A stretch of DNA of 64,000 nt from assembly GCF_006345805.1 (NCBI RefSeq), contig NC_043015.1, forward strand, positions 19,282,001 through 19,346,000, in the 5' to 3' direction. Positions 49,020-62,029 of this stretch are shown here, in pieces. This DNA is from Octopus sinensis (lineage: Eukaryota). The translations under genes and the position numbers were made by a program. Position 1 is the first letter of the stretch. Every line of letters starts with the position of its first letter. Below the pieces are notes generated by a model, which was not told the DNA's origin, searched no databases, and saw only the letters and a list, made by a program, of their open reading frames with translations.

Positions 49020-49930
49020 ACAATTTTCATACGTCCTGTGCCACATAAATTCACAGACATGAATCTATCATAGAATGGTGAGTGCCACAGCATTGTTTAT
49101 AACCTCGCTTCACAGAGACCCATGTACCCTCCACTTGTTGAGTGTGGGTACCATCTTTCAGGTTAACAAACCCAATGCTGTGGTTCACCGTTCTGTGCCC
49201 AAAATTGTAGCCATCAATTTCAGGAATGTGAGTACGCCCTCCACAAACCATTGAAAATTGTGGTTCCTGGAAGAATCAAGTAATGTATGCATTCTTCCAG
49301 TGTGTCACGATTCTGACATGGTACTGCATACAGAAAAACCTGTTTGGTCTCATGACACACTCCTCTGAAAACCCACTGCTCAGGTAGGACCCTTCCTCAG
49401 TTGTACTTGCATAGTTGTTGTCAAAAACTGTTCAATGGTTCATCCCCAGTTCTTCAACACAAAACTGGACTGAAGTCAATTCCTTAACCTATGAGTAAAG
49501 GAAGAGCACTACAGTCCTAAGAGGAAGGGTCTCACCTTCAAACCATGTGTCTCTCCTCACCAACACAGACTCCATACATTCTCGGCATGAGCATCACCAG
49601 TAAATGTTCCTACCACGTCTTTTTGTACACATAACATGTCATGTTTTACATAATTTTATTTGGGGTATAATACCCTTTTCTTGAAGGTACAACACAATAT
49701 CCTCCTTTGTTTACAATTTTTCCATCATAGAAGCAAAGTTGCTGGGGCTTGCTGCCATAATCGCACAAATAATCAACACATGCTTCCTCACAGATAAAAG
49801 ACTTTTCAAAGACTACTGTCAACACATGTTTCCTCACAAACTTTTCAAAGACTGTTACTATGGCAACAGGCAAAAGAGTTCCCATGTTTCTGCTTGTTAC
49901 TATTGAAACAGACATGAATGTGTCTGTGGC
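49020..49930 (-). mobile_element. Decayed Merlin (ISXO2-like) transposase
   Basis: GHRTVNHSIGFVNLKDGTHTQQVEGTW..VKR. Confidence 0.75.
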
Positions 49931-50201
49931 TTACAATTAGCTAAAAGTACCAAAGCTTTCAAACTTTAATTACTAATAACTCTTTATTTATTGATTTATA
50001 GCGAAAATTACTTTCACGTCATTAATTAGCTCATAAAAGTGTATCATTACACTGAATATGAAATCAATTCAAACAGAAAATTGATGCTGGCAGCTACTGG
50101 CAACCAAACAGAAAAGATCCCTTAACTTTTCTTGGAAATAGTGAAAGAAATCAAATCAGAAGAAATATTGAATGGATTTTAGTTTACGTTTTATTTAAAG
50201 A

Positions 50202-50415
50202 CTAGCCTAAGGTGACCCGCTCTATGCGTGGGTAAGAGTGTGGTCGTTACTTTCTGTTGCTTCCTTTCCCACTCCCATCCTCACTCCCATCTTCACCTCA
50301 TTTTACATGTCCCTGTAAATTTTGGAGTCAATCCGACGGGATCTAGTGGCCTTTAACCCGTTCCAATCAAAACCAGACAAACTTTTCACATTTCAGAATT
50401 ATAATATAGAGAGGA
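50202..50415 (-). mobile_element. Short non-autonomous Helitron
   Basis: The minus strand has an A|TC start, a subterminal hairpin acccacgc-atag-agcgggt and a CTAG|T end. Confidence 0.7.
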
Positions 50416-51412
50416 TAACTACAAATGGATTTAAAACATAAATCTTTTATGGTTTTAGTATAAATAGGGAGTAACATGGTTTGTGATGGATGTAAATTGA
50501 AATAAAGAATACCAATAAAACAAGATTCTATTTCTCTCAAAATCTAAACTATAAGCAATAAATATAGCAGCAACTAAATATATTTATGAAGAACAAAGTA
50601 CATATTTCAAAACATAACAATTATGGGTACTAAAGGAACATATATGCATTAACCTATAGTTCAGCAAACAGTAAAAAAAACTGGTGCTCTTGGAGTGAAG
50701 TCCTTTGTGAGAACAAAACAAGTAACAATATTGTTATCAAATTGCGATATAAAATAAACTAAATAATTGAACTCAATACAAAATACTACAGATAAATTTA
50801 AGGGGACTATTACTGAAAAGGATTAAAAATATCATTCAACAGTATTTTAAGGGAAATATTAAATTTTCATAATTCTAAAGAGTTGATACATCCTAATTTG
50901 AAACCACCCATTTGTGAAGTTCCCCAGAAAGAATAGTTAAGAATAAGATCAAAACAGTAATTCAAGATAAGTTGTGTTTGACACTTTATAATGCATAAAC
51001 AAATTGCCTCAAATTGGAATGTTTGTTTTTTTACATTAAGCATGTTGGAATAGATAGGAATTAAGAAATAACAGCCATGCCTTTCTTACTGCTAATAAGC
51101 ATTAGTTTCCTTCCTCAAATAAAATCCTCCTACTTGCAACCATTATTCTATCTTCTACATATTGTTATTGGTGTTGAATTGTCAATGTCAATTAAATTTT
51201 GTCTATGTTGGGTGTCAGTTCTATAAGTATAATTAAATGATTTTGAATACGTGTGATGTTTATGGCTTGTCTGCCTACTTTTACTAAAGATTTTAAAGCA
51301 GTATTGTGAAGTGCATAAAAGTAACCACATCTGGAATGGCATGTACAAATAAAAGACTGACAAATGAATTTTCCCCAGGATGCCTTCTGCATAAAGAACT
51401 TGTTAATTATGG

Positions 51413-52097
51413 AGTTCTATATTTAAGAGATGAGGAATTATGTACATTATTTACATTATTTGTATTTGACAGTTATTTGTCCTCATCTTGTTTGTTGTTA
51501 ACACAATGTTTTGGCAGATATACCCTCCAGCCTTCATCAGGAGTCTTGGAGAAATTTCGAACTTGGGTTCTCATTCCTAAGGTATTTTTCGATATTATTA
51601 TTATTATTATTATTCAGGTCACTGCCTGGAATCGAACTCGGAATCTTGGGGTTAGTAGTCTGTGCACTTAACCACTACGCCCATGGGCATATGGTGTAGT
51701 GGTTAAGAGCGTGGGCTACTAACCTCAAGATTCCAAGTTTGATTTCAGGCAGTGATGTGAATCAGAGACACCCTTCGGTCAGGAATGACCATTGGATTGC
51801 ACCTAAAATGGTACGCTCTGAGGCACAAGTCCGGGCAAGGTTGCTTATGGAAGACCTGCAGTTGCCCATGCATACCAGTCCCCCTCTCCACACCACCGAT
51901 ATTATCCAAGGGAAAGGCAAAGGCCGATACAGCTTGGTACCAATGACATCACAATTCATTTCTACAGCTGAGTGAACTGGCGTAATGTGAAATAAAGTGT
52001 CTTGCTGAAGAACACAATTTGCAGCCCGGTCTGGGAATCGAACTCACAACCTCATGATCATAAACTCTAGCCACTGAGCGATACACCTTCACAGTGA

Positions 52098-52138
<41 letters not shown>

Positions 52139-52286
52139 TTGAAAAAATACCTTAGGAATGAGAACCCAGGTTCGAAATTTCCCTGAGACACCTGATGAAA
52201 GCTGGAGGGTATATCAGCCAAAACATTGTGTTAACAACAAACAAGATGAGGACAAATATCTGTCAAATGTAAATAATTGTAAATAA
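51413..52286. mobile_element. Second stand-alone inverted pair of tRNA/(AAT)n/HHR modules, carrying a nested SINE
   Basis: Junction at about 51681 at the tRNA 5' ends; decayed HHR cores near 51505-51545 and 52187-52231. Confidence 0.85.
51756..52091 (-). mobile_element. tRNA-derived SINE nested in the module above
   Basis: CAGTGA TSD at 51750-51755 and 52092-52097; B box gagttcgattccc on the minus strand. Confidence 0.8.
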
Positions 52287-54110
52287 CATATTGCATGTAG
52301 TGAGCAAAGATGAATTTAAAATCAACTGAAATCATTCAGTAATAGGAAGAAAAATAATCCATATTAATGACAATTTTTGTAAGGAAATAAGAAAGAGGAT
52401 TTCTAAATTTAGATTTGAGAAAGCATATTGAGATATGCAGTGAGGAGCAACACCTGTAAAAGATGAGGTTCCCCAGTAAGTCATGGAGGAGTCCATATCT
52501 ATCTGCTGAGCTCTCTCCTTAAAAATAAAATAAGCTTCACAGCTCCCTTGTTCTATCAAGAATTACCCACTGCCAGGGCCTAAAAGTAATCTTGTTCCAC
52601 CTTGCCAAATTTCTCTCAGAGGAAATAATCTGAGTTTGGCACACCCCTAAATATGTTTCGGGCATTATTAGTCTTCCTCTAATACCTGCCAGAACTTAAA
52701 TTAAATGCAAGGATTCTTTTAAAATAAAGCTATTGAGAAACTCCCCAGGAATATCTCCTGCATGAAAGACATATAGTTAAGTGTGAGTCGGTTGTGAGCC
52801 AAAAAGAATTTTTAATCAACTGAAAACTACACCAGTAATGTGAATTAAAATTATAACATTAATGGCTATTGTTAAAAAGTGTGTAGTTACTGTGATTTGA
52901 ATTTTAACTTCAGAAAATGTTAGATTATTTGATAATATCAGTTTATTACAGGGACAGTTTATGACTTTATATAAGACACTGTTAATGATATCCAGCTATC
53001 TTTGAAATGTGTAGCATCAGTACATGTTATACTTGATAGCTGTAGATAATGACAACTGATACAGTATGTATAGCACAGTTGACAATATTTAAAACCAGGA
53101 GTTTTATGATACAAAATGATTAATTAGCTTTAAAACTGATGCATAGGACTATTTCAAGTTAATCTATCAAAACCTTAGCTTTATGGTTACAAATGATGCA
53201 CCATATGTAAGGTGCACTATACATAACTTAGAATGGACTTGCTCTTTAATCAAAAAGGAATAGGAAAATATACTAGAGTCTTGTACCTAATTCGCCCACA
53301 AAATTTATATATTCTCTAAGAGAGAACAATATGATGAAAGTGGTTACAAAAAAGTGTTATTAACTTCCTCACAAATAAAAGATTCAACAACATAGAATTA
53401 AAATACAGGAATTTATTGTACTGTTGTGAGGTTTGCTAGCTAAGAAATCAGTGCATGCTTAAGCAATCTTATAACTGAAAGATCAAGTGAAACTATTTAT
53501 GAATATTAAAGCATTCCTTTTATGGAATACATTGTACACAGCTGTTATGATGCAAAATGAAATTGTGATTTATGAAAGACATTGTTTTGAATGAAATAAG
53601 TAAAGCCAAATCAGTTTATTATCCATCCACTGCTAATATTAGGAACTCTGAAACAATGCTGCAATTGTTTATAACTCAACTGAAAAAGCACATTTTGAGG
53701 AAAAGGAAATTAGAATCAACAATGTTACAGCATTCCAATTTTTTGGATTGATTTCAAAAGAGCTTTCAAGATCTACAAAACTATAAATATGTAAAATAAC
53801 TTTCGATATCCCAGGGCAGATTTCTTGCTACTTGTGTTAATTCATTTGCAAACTTATCATACTTTTATATCTAAATTTGATAGTTTATTTTCTATTTTGG
53901 AATTTTATATATCCAATGTACATCTGGAAAAGTATCCACTTTTTAGGAATCCCACATTGACACATCACTGTTTTATACAGTTTCTGAATGTAAACAATTT
54001 TTCTCAACATTAGATTTAGTCAAGAATACCATGCATCCTACACTTAGAGATAACTATTCTTGAAAAATTTTATTCTGTGACATCTTTGTACTTCAGTATT
54101 CAAAACATTT

Positions 54111-54344
54111 AAAGGCAGTGAGCAGGCAGAAACGTTAGCATGCTGGGCAAAATACTTAGCGGTATTTCAACTGCTGTTATGTTCTGAGTTCAAATTCCAC
54201 CGAGGTCAACTTTGCCCTTCATCCTTTCAGGGTCGATTAAATAAATACCAGTTACGCACTGGGGTTGATGTAATCGACTTAATCCTTTTGTCTGTCCTTG
54301 TTTGTCCCCTCTATGTTTAGCTCCCTGTGAGTAATAAAGAAATA
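54111..54344 (+). mobile_element. tRNA-derived SINE (same family as 60945-61325 and the decayed copy at 11330-11550)
   Basis: B box gagttcaaattcc; TSD of about 16 bp, agtattcaaaa(c/t)attt. Confidence 0.85.
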
Positions 54345-55679
54345 AGTATTCAAAATATTTGATTAATTAATGTAACTTTTTAGCTTAAATTCCTCAGTGT
54401 GATTATGTGTATACATATGGATTTATGAAATTAAGATTCATTATTTTTCTCATTATAGATGATATGATAGGTTCTTAGAAACTTGAAATTCTCACCTGAT
54501 ACTAAAAATATTCTCCATCTCTGCTTTATGCGTTCACTCAATCTAGTTGAAATAGCAACCAAATCTACCTCAAATTACAGCTTAATGCTTTAAATAAAAA
54601 ATATATAAAACAATGTGGTCTCACATATCCTTAAAAATATGAATTGGTCATAGCTAGAATGTCATTGACCATGGGGCTGCTTAGCCAGAGATGGCATAGC
54701 AATAAACACCACCAACAACAAACTGAAACAAATATATATATATATTTCATTTTATAAAGAAGTAAATAATTTTATTTTCAGTCACCTGCCCATTTTTAGA
54801 AAGTATTAATTGGTCTACTAATTGGTATGCTTTAAAATTAATGTACCAGTAAAATAATGGAATGAACTAAACTGACTATACTTCTTCCCTTTGCAAAACT
54901 GACTTTGTGAGTATGGGAGAGATAGTGTAAACAGTTGAGTTTCATCCCTTCAATGTTGAATTAACCTACAGAATCAGCAGTAAAACTTGTGTGTTACATA
55001 AAATACATCTTTTATGGACTGTAAAAAGTTTCAATGGATTATTAATAATGGCAATGCATGAACTGGTTTTACAAGACACAGGATTCAATATCTTCAAGTG
55101 AGAGGAAACTATTTGCTACAATATTCATTTCCTAAAGGACTTAGCAACATAAGCTTTTCAATTATTAAAAAATATGAATCAGTTTATTGGGAGCTTACCA
55201 TTTGCTCAAAGGTATTGTTACCCTTTTCATGAATATATCAGTGATGTTTAACAAACTTTTTCTATTTACTTAAAGATTGTAGTAATTAATGTAATAAGAC
55301 TTTGTCAATAGAGGAACATTTAGATATGTGAGTGTCCTAATTATAATGTATCTGATACTGTTTGGCAGATGGTGTTCTGCTTCTGCATTAATTCTACATA
55401 AATATACTTTTAAATAGACAATTTTGATAAGATCATATAAAAAATGTAAATTCACTTAAACTACTTCAACAAAATATTTTCACACTTTACTTCCAGACAG
55501 TTGTATTATTTTAATGTTTCTCCCATGAAATATGATAAAATGTCTGCTGTGAATTTGAACATAAGAACCATTAACACATAATCCAATACTTTATCCATTG
55601 TTATTTTGCTTTAGTACCAATTTCTATAAAAAAAAGTTAATTTTCACTAAAAGTCTCAGTTATTTTTTATCAAGTAACA

Positions 55680-56540
55680 TGTTCAATCTATATATATAAC
55701 ATGGCTAGAGTGACTGTTAAGTCTTAGTGCTATTTCTTCTAACAATTACCAGTAAGATCAGCATTACACCAATTATTTGTTCTAGTTAACTTCTTTGCTG
55801 TTAAACCAGTCATGAATTCTTCAATGCCTTTTCCAGTAAAGAGTACAGTGCCATTTGAAGCATATGTCTTCTTCACCAAGAGCCTGACTCATGCAGCACA
55901 AACAATGTGCAAATGATATTACATCAGGATAGTGTTTAAAAGTAACATTGAACTCTAGAGATTTATTACCAGAGTAAAATCCTCATAAGAAATAGCAAAC
56001 TTCTCACAATCATATACTATATAGAGACTAGTGCCTCAGATTAGTTACACAAAGAAATACACATACTCAAAATAAAAGATCACCTGGATACAGCAACAAA
56101 AATAAACTTTCAGAATATCTTCAAGAAGAATGGCAATAAAAGATAAATCTGAGGCTTGTAATCTGTTTCAAAATACCAATTGGTGTTTATCTTAGAACTA
56201 TCATTTTCAGCATTCTGAAGCACTTGCACTATGTGTTCATGATTGGTAAGTGTAGTGATAATAGTTGCTAGATACCCAGACCACTGTTATTCCAATAAAT
56301 GCTAAAAAGCTCTTCAACTGCATGAACAACAACTAAATGTAACTGGTGATTGAAGTTGTGCACATATGGGATTTCTGTTGCAATATTTCTTGGACACCAG
56401 CAATTCAGCCAGATATTATTGAAGCACCATCATAGCACTTTAGTCTAGCATCATCAGTACTTTGAACAATATAGCATTAGTCAAAATTTCAGCCTTGAAG
56501 TTTTCGGGCACAGTTAAAGCAATTGGACTTTCTGACATGC
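55680..56540 (-). pseudogene. Decayed hAT transposase fragment
   Basis: CYDGASIISG...GVQE and IPYVH.FNHQLHLVVVHAV. Confidence 0.7.
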
Positions 56541-56889
56541 CCCCCCCCCCCATGCCACTTTTACAAACTCTATAATGACAAAGATATTTTTAATATTAGT
56601 AGGATCATGAGTTCTATTGCATTTAATAGTAAAAAAGAAGGTGGTATCTGATTGATGAATATCATCACTTATTTGATTCAAGACATCTTTCATAAATCAT
56701 ATAATTTCATTTTGCATCTTAACAGATGTGTACAATGCATTCTCAAGTATCATTGAAAATATTTCAAAAAGCCATAGAAAAATTTCAGAGACTTTGATAT
56801 CATTATTGCGATGTGAAGGAGGAAAAGACAGAAGCAGAGAGAGAATTATGGTAGTCTTACCTGTCTATCTGGAAGGGTCACTCACAACG

Positions 56890-58290
56890 CTCACATGCTC
56901 TGTCTGCTGCTGTACTGCCTAACAGGTCTGCTCTTGTACACTGTCCACTACCAACTAACCGTTTGTGTCATGCCAACCCTGCATGTCCACCACGGCCCTT
57001 CCTGTGGGACACACATGCCCCACTTCCGACAGGACATGCGTACTCCCTCACTTCCGGTCCTTCCCTACAACATAGCCTAGCTCATAACACCATATGCCCC
57101 CTGATCTGAAGATCATTCAACTAACCTGCCCACACCCTCTCCTCAACCCTGACCACATGCCTTGTCTCATAATCAGCCAACCAGTGTGGAGAGCACTGCT
57201 CCCTCTGCAACCACTGTGGAACCTCAGGACTGGCCTCACTCCCTGGCATGTTGCTACCAGCTTCGTCCTCTTGTCCATTACTGTTGGCTCCATCCTCTGT
57301 CGCATTGATGATCCTGTGCACATCTAAAACATGACGTGGCATGCCATCTATGGACACATTGTTCCTCGAATTTACAGAGGTTATTGTCCCTTTTCCCCAT
57401 GGTGATGTGCACCATGCATTTGGGGGTTTAACCCAGAATTCTTCCTTGACCTGCGAAAAGGCATGCTCTTTCTCTTCTTTGGGTTGTGGCGATGCAGTAC
57501 ATGGATGTCTCCACTCATACATGAATATTGCCCTGTGTGGCACTGGCTCCTCAGCCTGTCTCAACCTGGACGACATATTATACCAAAAACTGTCTTGACT
57601 AGTGACATATAGCCCCTCTCTACTAAGGTATGGATGGTGCGATGATGCCTCTCCACAACCCCATTGCCACTTGGGCGGTATGCCACTCTGAAGAAACAGC
57701 TAATATGCCACTTGTTGAGCATTTCCTTCAGCACTTCCAAGTGAAATGCAGTGCCATTGTCCACAAGCGGCTCATCCATGGGACCACATTCTAGGAATAT
57801 CTCAGTATTCTTGTGATTCCTTCCGTGGTCCCTGTCTTAATCTTCCTTCATATGGCCAATCGCCCTGGTCCACATTCAACCATCAATAGGTATGTCCCCT
57901 GCCAGTAGTGCATTACATCCACTACCAGTTGTGTTCCACTCGACTGCCTCATGCACACCCGAAGTGGAGTCAAAAGACTGGCACCTGTCACAGCTCCCAA
58001 CTACTCTCTGCACACTCTGCCTGGTCACGTCTGAGTCAAGTTTTCTGGCTAGGAACAGGGTCCTGTTCAACCCCATGTGATGCATGGTATGCAGTCTTCT
58101 CAGCTCTGAGTCACTCAGTCAACACATTGTAACCACTCCAGATCCTCTGGCACCTGCAACGAGAATTTCTTTACTCTGCTCAGGACGTTCACTCTATTTG
58201 GGCACACACCAGTTTCCTCTTACTGGGTCCTCTCTGCAGACACTCTCTCCAAGACTTCTTGCATCATGGTAGTTGTCTTCTCACCCACTT
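56890..58290 (-). mobile_element. Decayed Gypsy fragment (integrase, PPT, 3' LTR starting TG at 57089)
   Basis: VDNGTAF...YRPSGNGVVERHHRTI; PPT ggggcatatgg. Confidence 0.75.
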
Positions 58291-58299
58291 TGTCACTCC

Positions 58300-59830
58300 A
58301 CCTCACTCCTTCAGCTTGCCTCTTGATGAAGCTGCATGCTGTCCAGAGCCATCCTGCACCCCACCCTTCTCCGCCTGGCAGAGCTCGTCCTCACCCTCAA
58401 CTGTTTCACGTTCGCCGGGGAAACGTACCAATAGTTGTCTGGGGTCGCGATGGGAACGAGAATGGGCCCCAATTTCGCCAATCTCTTTGTTGGCTACAAT
58501 GAGGCCCAAGTATTCTCCCAATTCTCCGGGCCAACCCCAGAACTATACGGTCGCTACATAGACGACTGCATAGGCGCCACCTCCCTTTCCCGCGAACAAC
58601 TCTGCCACTTCATCTCTTTCCTCTCTAACTTCCACCCTTCTCTACAATTCACTTCCACCATCTCTAATACCTTTGTCAACTTCCTTGATATCTCTCTCAG
58701 CATCGACCACCCCTCCAACTCTCACCACCTCCGCTTTCTTCAAACCCACGGATTCCCACCTCTATCTCAACTTCTCCGCCCATCCCTTCCACACCAAACG
58801 GGCCATCCCCTACTCCCAGTTCCTCCGCCTCCGACGCTTGTGCAGCCGCGACCAGGATTTCGAGACCCAGTCTCAATACCTGGCCCGCCTGTTCAGGCAT
58901 CGAGGATACCCACCTACACTGGTCTTGAACGCCCTCACCCGTCGCACCACCGCCCTTTCTCCTTCCTCTCACCCACCCCCCAACCGCACCCCCTTTCCCC
59001 TCCTTTTCCACCCCTCTACTCTATCCCTTCGTCGGAAGATACTACGTGCCTTCCGTCGCCTCCAGCTCGATCCCACGACCCGCCCCATTTTCTCCAACCC
59101 ACCCCTGTCCTCCTTCAAACGAGCCCGGAATCTACGCGACCTCCTGGTCCGTAGCACTCTCTTCTTCCCCTTCAGCCCCACACGGATCCCTCCCGTGCTC
59201 CAGATCCCGCTGCAACACCTGCCCCTTCATCACCAACACCACTGCAGTTCCAACCTGCGAACTGTACGTATCAGACATTCTTTTACGTGTACTTCGTCTG
59301 GTCTCATATACTGCATTAAATGCAACCTCTGCGGAATGCTGTATATAGGACAGACGGGACGCCGGTTATCAGACCAATTCGTCGAACATCTGTGCGTGTG
59401 TGTACAATGTATGTATGTATGTGTGTATGTATGTATGTATGTATGTATGTGTGAGTGTATATGTGTGTGTATGTATGTGTGTGTGTGTATGTATGTGTGT
59501 ATGTATGTATGTGTGTAAGTGTGTGTGTGTATGTATGTGTGTGTATGTATGTGTGTGTATGTATGTGTGCATGCGTGTATGTGTGTGTGTATGTATGTAT
59601 GTATGTATGTGTGTATGTATGTGTGTGTGTATGTGTGTGTGTATGTATGTGTGTGTGTATGTATGTATGTCTACGGTCCAATTCTCCCGTCGCACGTCAC
59701 TTCCGCTCGGCCAGCCATTCCCCGATGACATCTCTGTGTTTGATCTCGCCCCACACAACGGTCCTCCACAATCCAGGCTTCACTTGGAGCAACGTTTCAT
59801 TTTCACTCTACAAACCAATACCCACACGGA
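58300..59830 (+). mobile_element. Neptune-like PLE (RT and GIY-YIG), frameshifted, with a microsatellite inside the endonuclease
   Basis: GVAMGTRMGPNFANLF, RYIDD, HPFHTKRAIPYSQFLRLRRLCS and LIYCIKCNLCGMLYIGQTGRRL. Confidence 0.9.
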
Positions 59831-59899
59831 CTCAACACAGCCCCCTCCTCTTAGTGACTGCGCTCCACCTCTCCCTCTCTTTTTTTTATTGTCCTTATA

Positions 59900-60336
59900 C
59901 AGAAGCACACACACATACTCACGTATCCACGAACACACCTACTTCCAACACACCACACACATACAACCTACATGCACATGTACGCACACATACTTCCACA
60001 CCTATACACACCAACAAACAATACTCATACAGATACACACACTCTTATAAACACCTAGCAGAGACACACACACACATACACGCACGTAAGCGCACACACG
60101 CACACAAGCACGTGCATGTACATTACGCCCACACAACTCCAGAAGAAACCCCACGCACACGCGCCCACATTCATACATACATACATACACACACACACAA
60201 ACATACACATACACACACACATACATACACACATACATACACACACACACACATACATACCTACATACACGCATGCACACACACATACATACACACACAT
60301 ACATACATACACACACACACATACATACACACTCAC

Positions 60337-60367
<31 letters not shown>

Positions 60368-60550
60368 TACACACACATACATACATACATGCATATGGGG
60401 TTGGCTGTATTTTTTCCATCAATCTTTCAATTTTAAAGTGTGTGCTTGTATACATACGTATACACACATATAAACTCCTACATTTGTACACACACGCACA
60501 TATATACATACATTCACTCGCACGCACGTACACACAACACACGCACACAC
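59900..60550. repeat. (CA)n/(TACA)n compound microsatellite
   Basis: Visible directly. Confidence 0.9.
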
Positions 60551-60944
60551 ACTCAACAAAGGAGAAATGTTACTCCGGGAATCTGAAAGGGTGAATTGCC
60601 TGCAGACATAGCGAAATATGTCTGATGATTTTATGCAGCCACTAGATATATTCACAATCTGAAAAATAAAGAAAAATATTTTGGGTTTAATATTTAAATA
60701 AATATAAGGTAAGCATTTTTATTGGTAATATACTTTATTATTTACCTATGTTATTCAAAAAAGAGAAAAGTAACATTTCTGTATGACTTAAGAACCTGAT
60801 GTAATGGAGATGACTAAAAAAAAACACCATGAATCACTATTTTTCATATATATTTCGGAAAAGATACCATACAATCAAAAAATATTTTAAATCATGCAGA
60901 CCAGTGCTCTTTTCTACTCTATGCATAAACGCCTGAAATTTCTG

Positions 60945-61325
60945 GGGAGGGGTGCCAGTCGATTAGATCGACTCCAGTACGCAACTGGTACTTAATTTAT
61001 CAACTCCGGAAGGATGAAAGTCGACTTCGGCGGAATTTGAACTCAGAACGTAAAGACAGATGAAATACTGGTAAGCATTTCACCCAGCGTGCTAACATTC
61101 CTTATTTCTTTATTGCCCACAAGGGACTAAACATAGAGGAGACAAACAAGGACAGACAAAGGGATTAAGTTGATTGCATCAACCCCAGTACGTAACTAGT
61201 ACTTAATTTATCGACCCCGAAAGGATGAAAGGTAAAGTCGACCTCGGAGGAATTTGAACTCAGAAGGTAACATCATGCCTACCAGTATTTCGTCCAGCGT
61301 GCTTACATTCCTGCAGCTCGCCACC
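60945..61325 (-). mobile_element. Tandem/nested tRNA SINE copies
   Basis: Reverse complement of the 54111 family, twice. Confidence 0.8.
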
Positions 61326-61408
61326 TTTCCAGCGTTATTAACCTTACAATCAGTACTGTTTGTTTCATTCTGCTACATTATGTACAAAGCTCAGGGATCT
61401 TTACCTTT

Positions 61409-62029
61409 TGACCTACAGATTAAAAAAAAATTTTGTAACTAAACACTTTCAAACTTCAGACACTGGTAGAATGTGTCATATAAAACATCTTTTACTCTTA
61501 GCATTTTTGAGAAAAACTTATATTTACGAAGTTATTTCACGTTAAAGTTGTCCTATTTCGGTAATTTCAACCAATCAATGACGTGTATACAGCTGAATAA
61601 AATTACTGCAGTTGTTTGTCAACAAGAACTTCCGGCAGTGTATATTTCGTTTGTCACTGTTATTTATGATAACCCTAACCCTAAAACCTTGACCCTAACT
61701 CTGACCCTAAAACCCTAACCCTAACACCAAAACCTTAAAACCAGTACAAACGCATGAACGATGTCATAAATAACAGTGACAAACGAAATATACACCGCCG
61801 ATAGTTGTTGTTGACAAACAACGGCAGTAATTTTATTCAGCTGAATACACGACATTGATTGGTTGAAATTACCGAAATAGAACAACTTTAACGTAAAATA
61901 TTTTCGTAAATATAAGTTTTTCTCAAAAAATGCTAAGAGTAAAAGATGTTTTATGTGACACATTCTACCAGTGTCCGATGTTTGAAACTGTTTAGTTACA
62001 AAAAATTATTTTTTAAATCTGTAGGTCAG
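61409..62029. mobile_element. Foldback MITE with internal (TAACCC)-like repeats
   Basis: TIR tgacctacagatt...aatctgtaggtca; shares actggtagaatgtgtca with the 31691 MITE. Confidence 0.8.

Noticed and set aside
60575-60630. Possible hammerhead of the 58.3-kb Neptune element (CTGCAGA...GCGAAATATGTC)
   Set aside because: The core is altered and no convincing helix I or II can be drawn.
59316-60655. Long ORFs (up to 379 aa) rich in CV/YV/HT repeats; similar ORFs at 10298-11085, 13532-13772 and 32075-32440
   Set aside because: They are translations of microsatellites lacking stop codons, not genes.
61670-61730. TAACCC repeats as a telomere or fusion scar (also ~21480)
   Set aside because: Short, degenerate and located in the centre of foldback MITEs.
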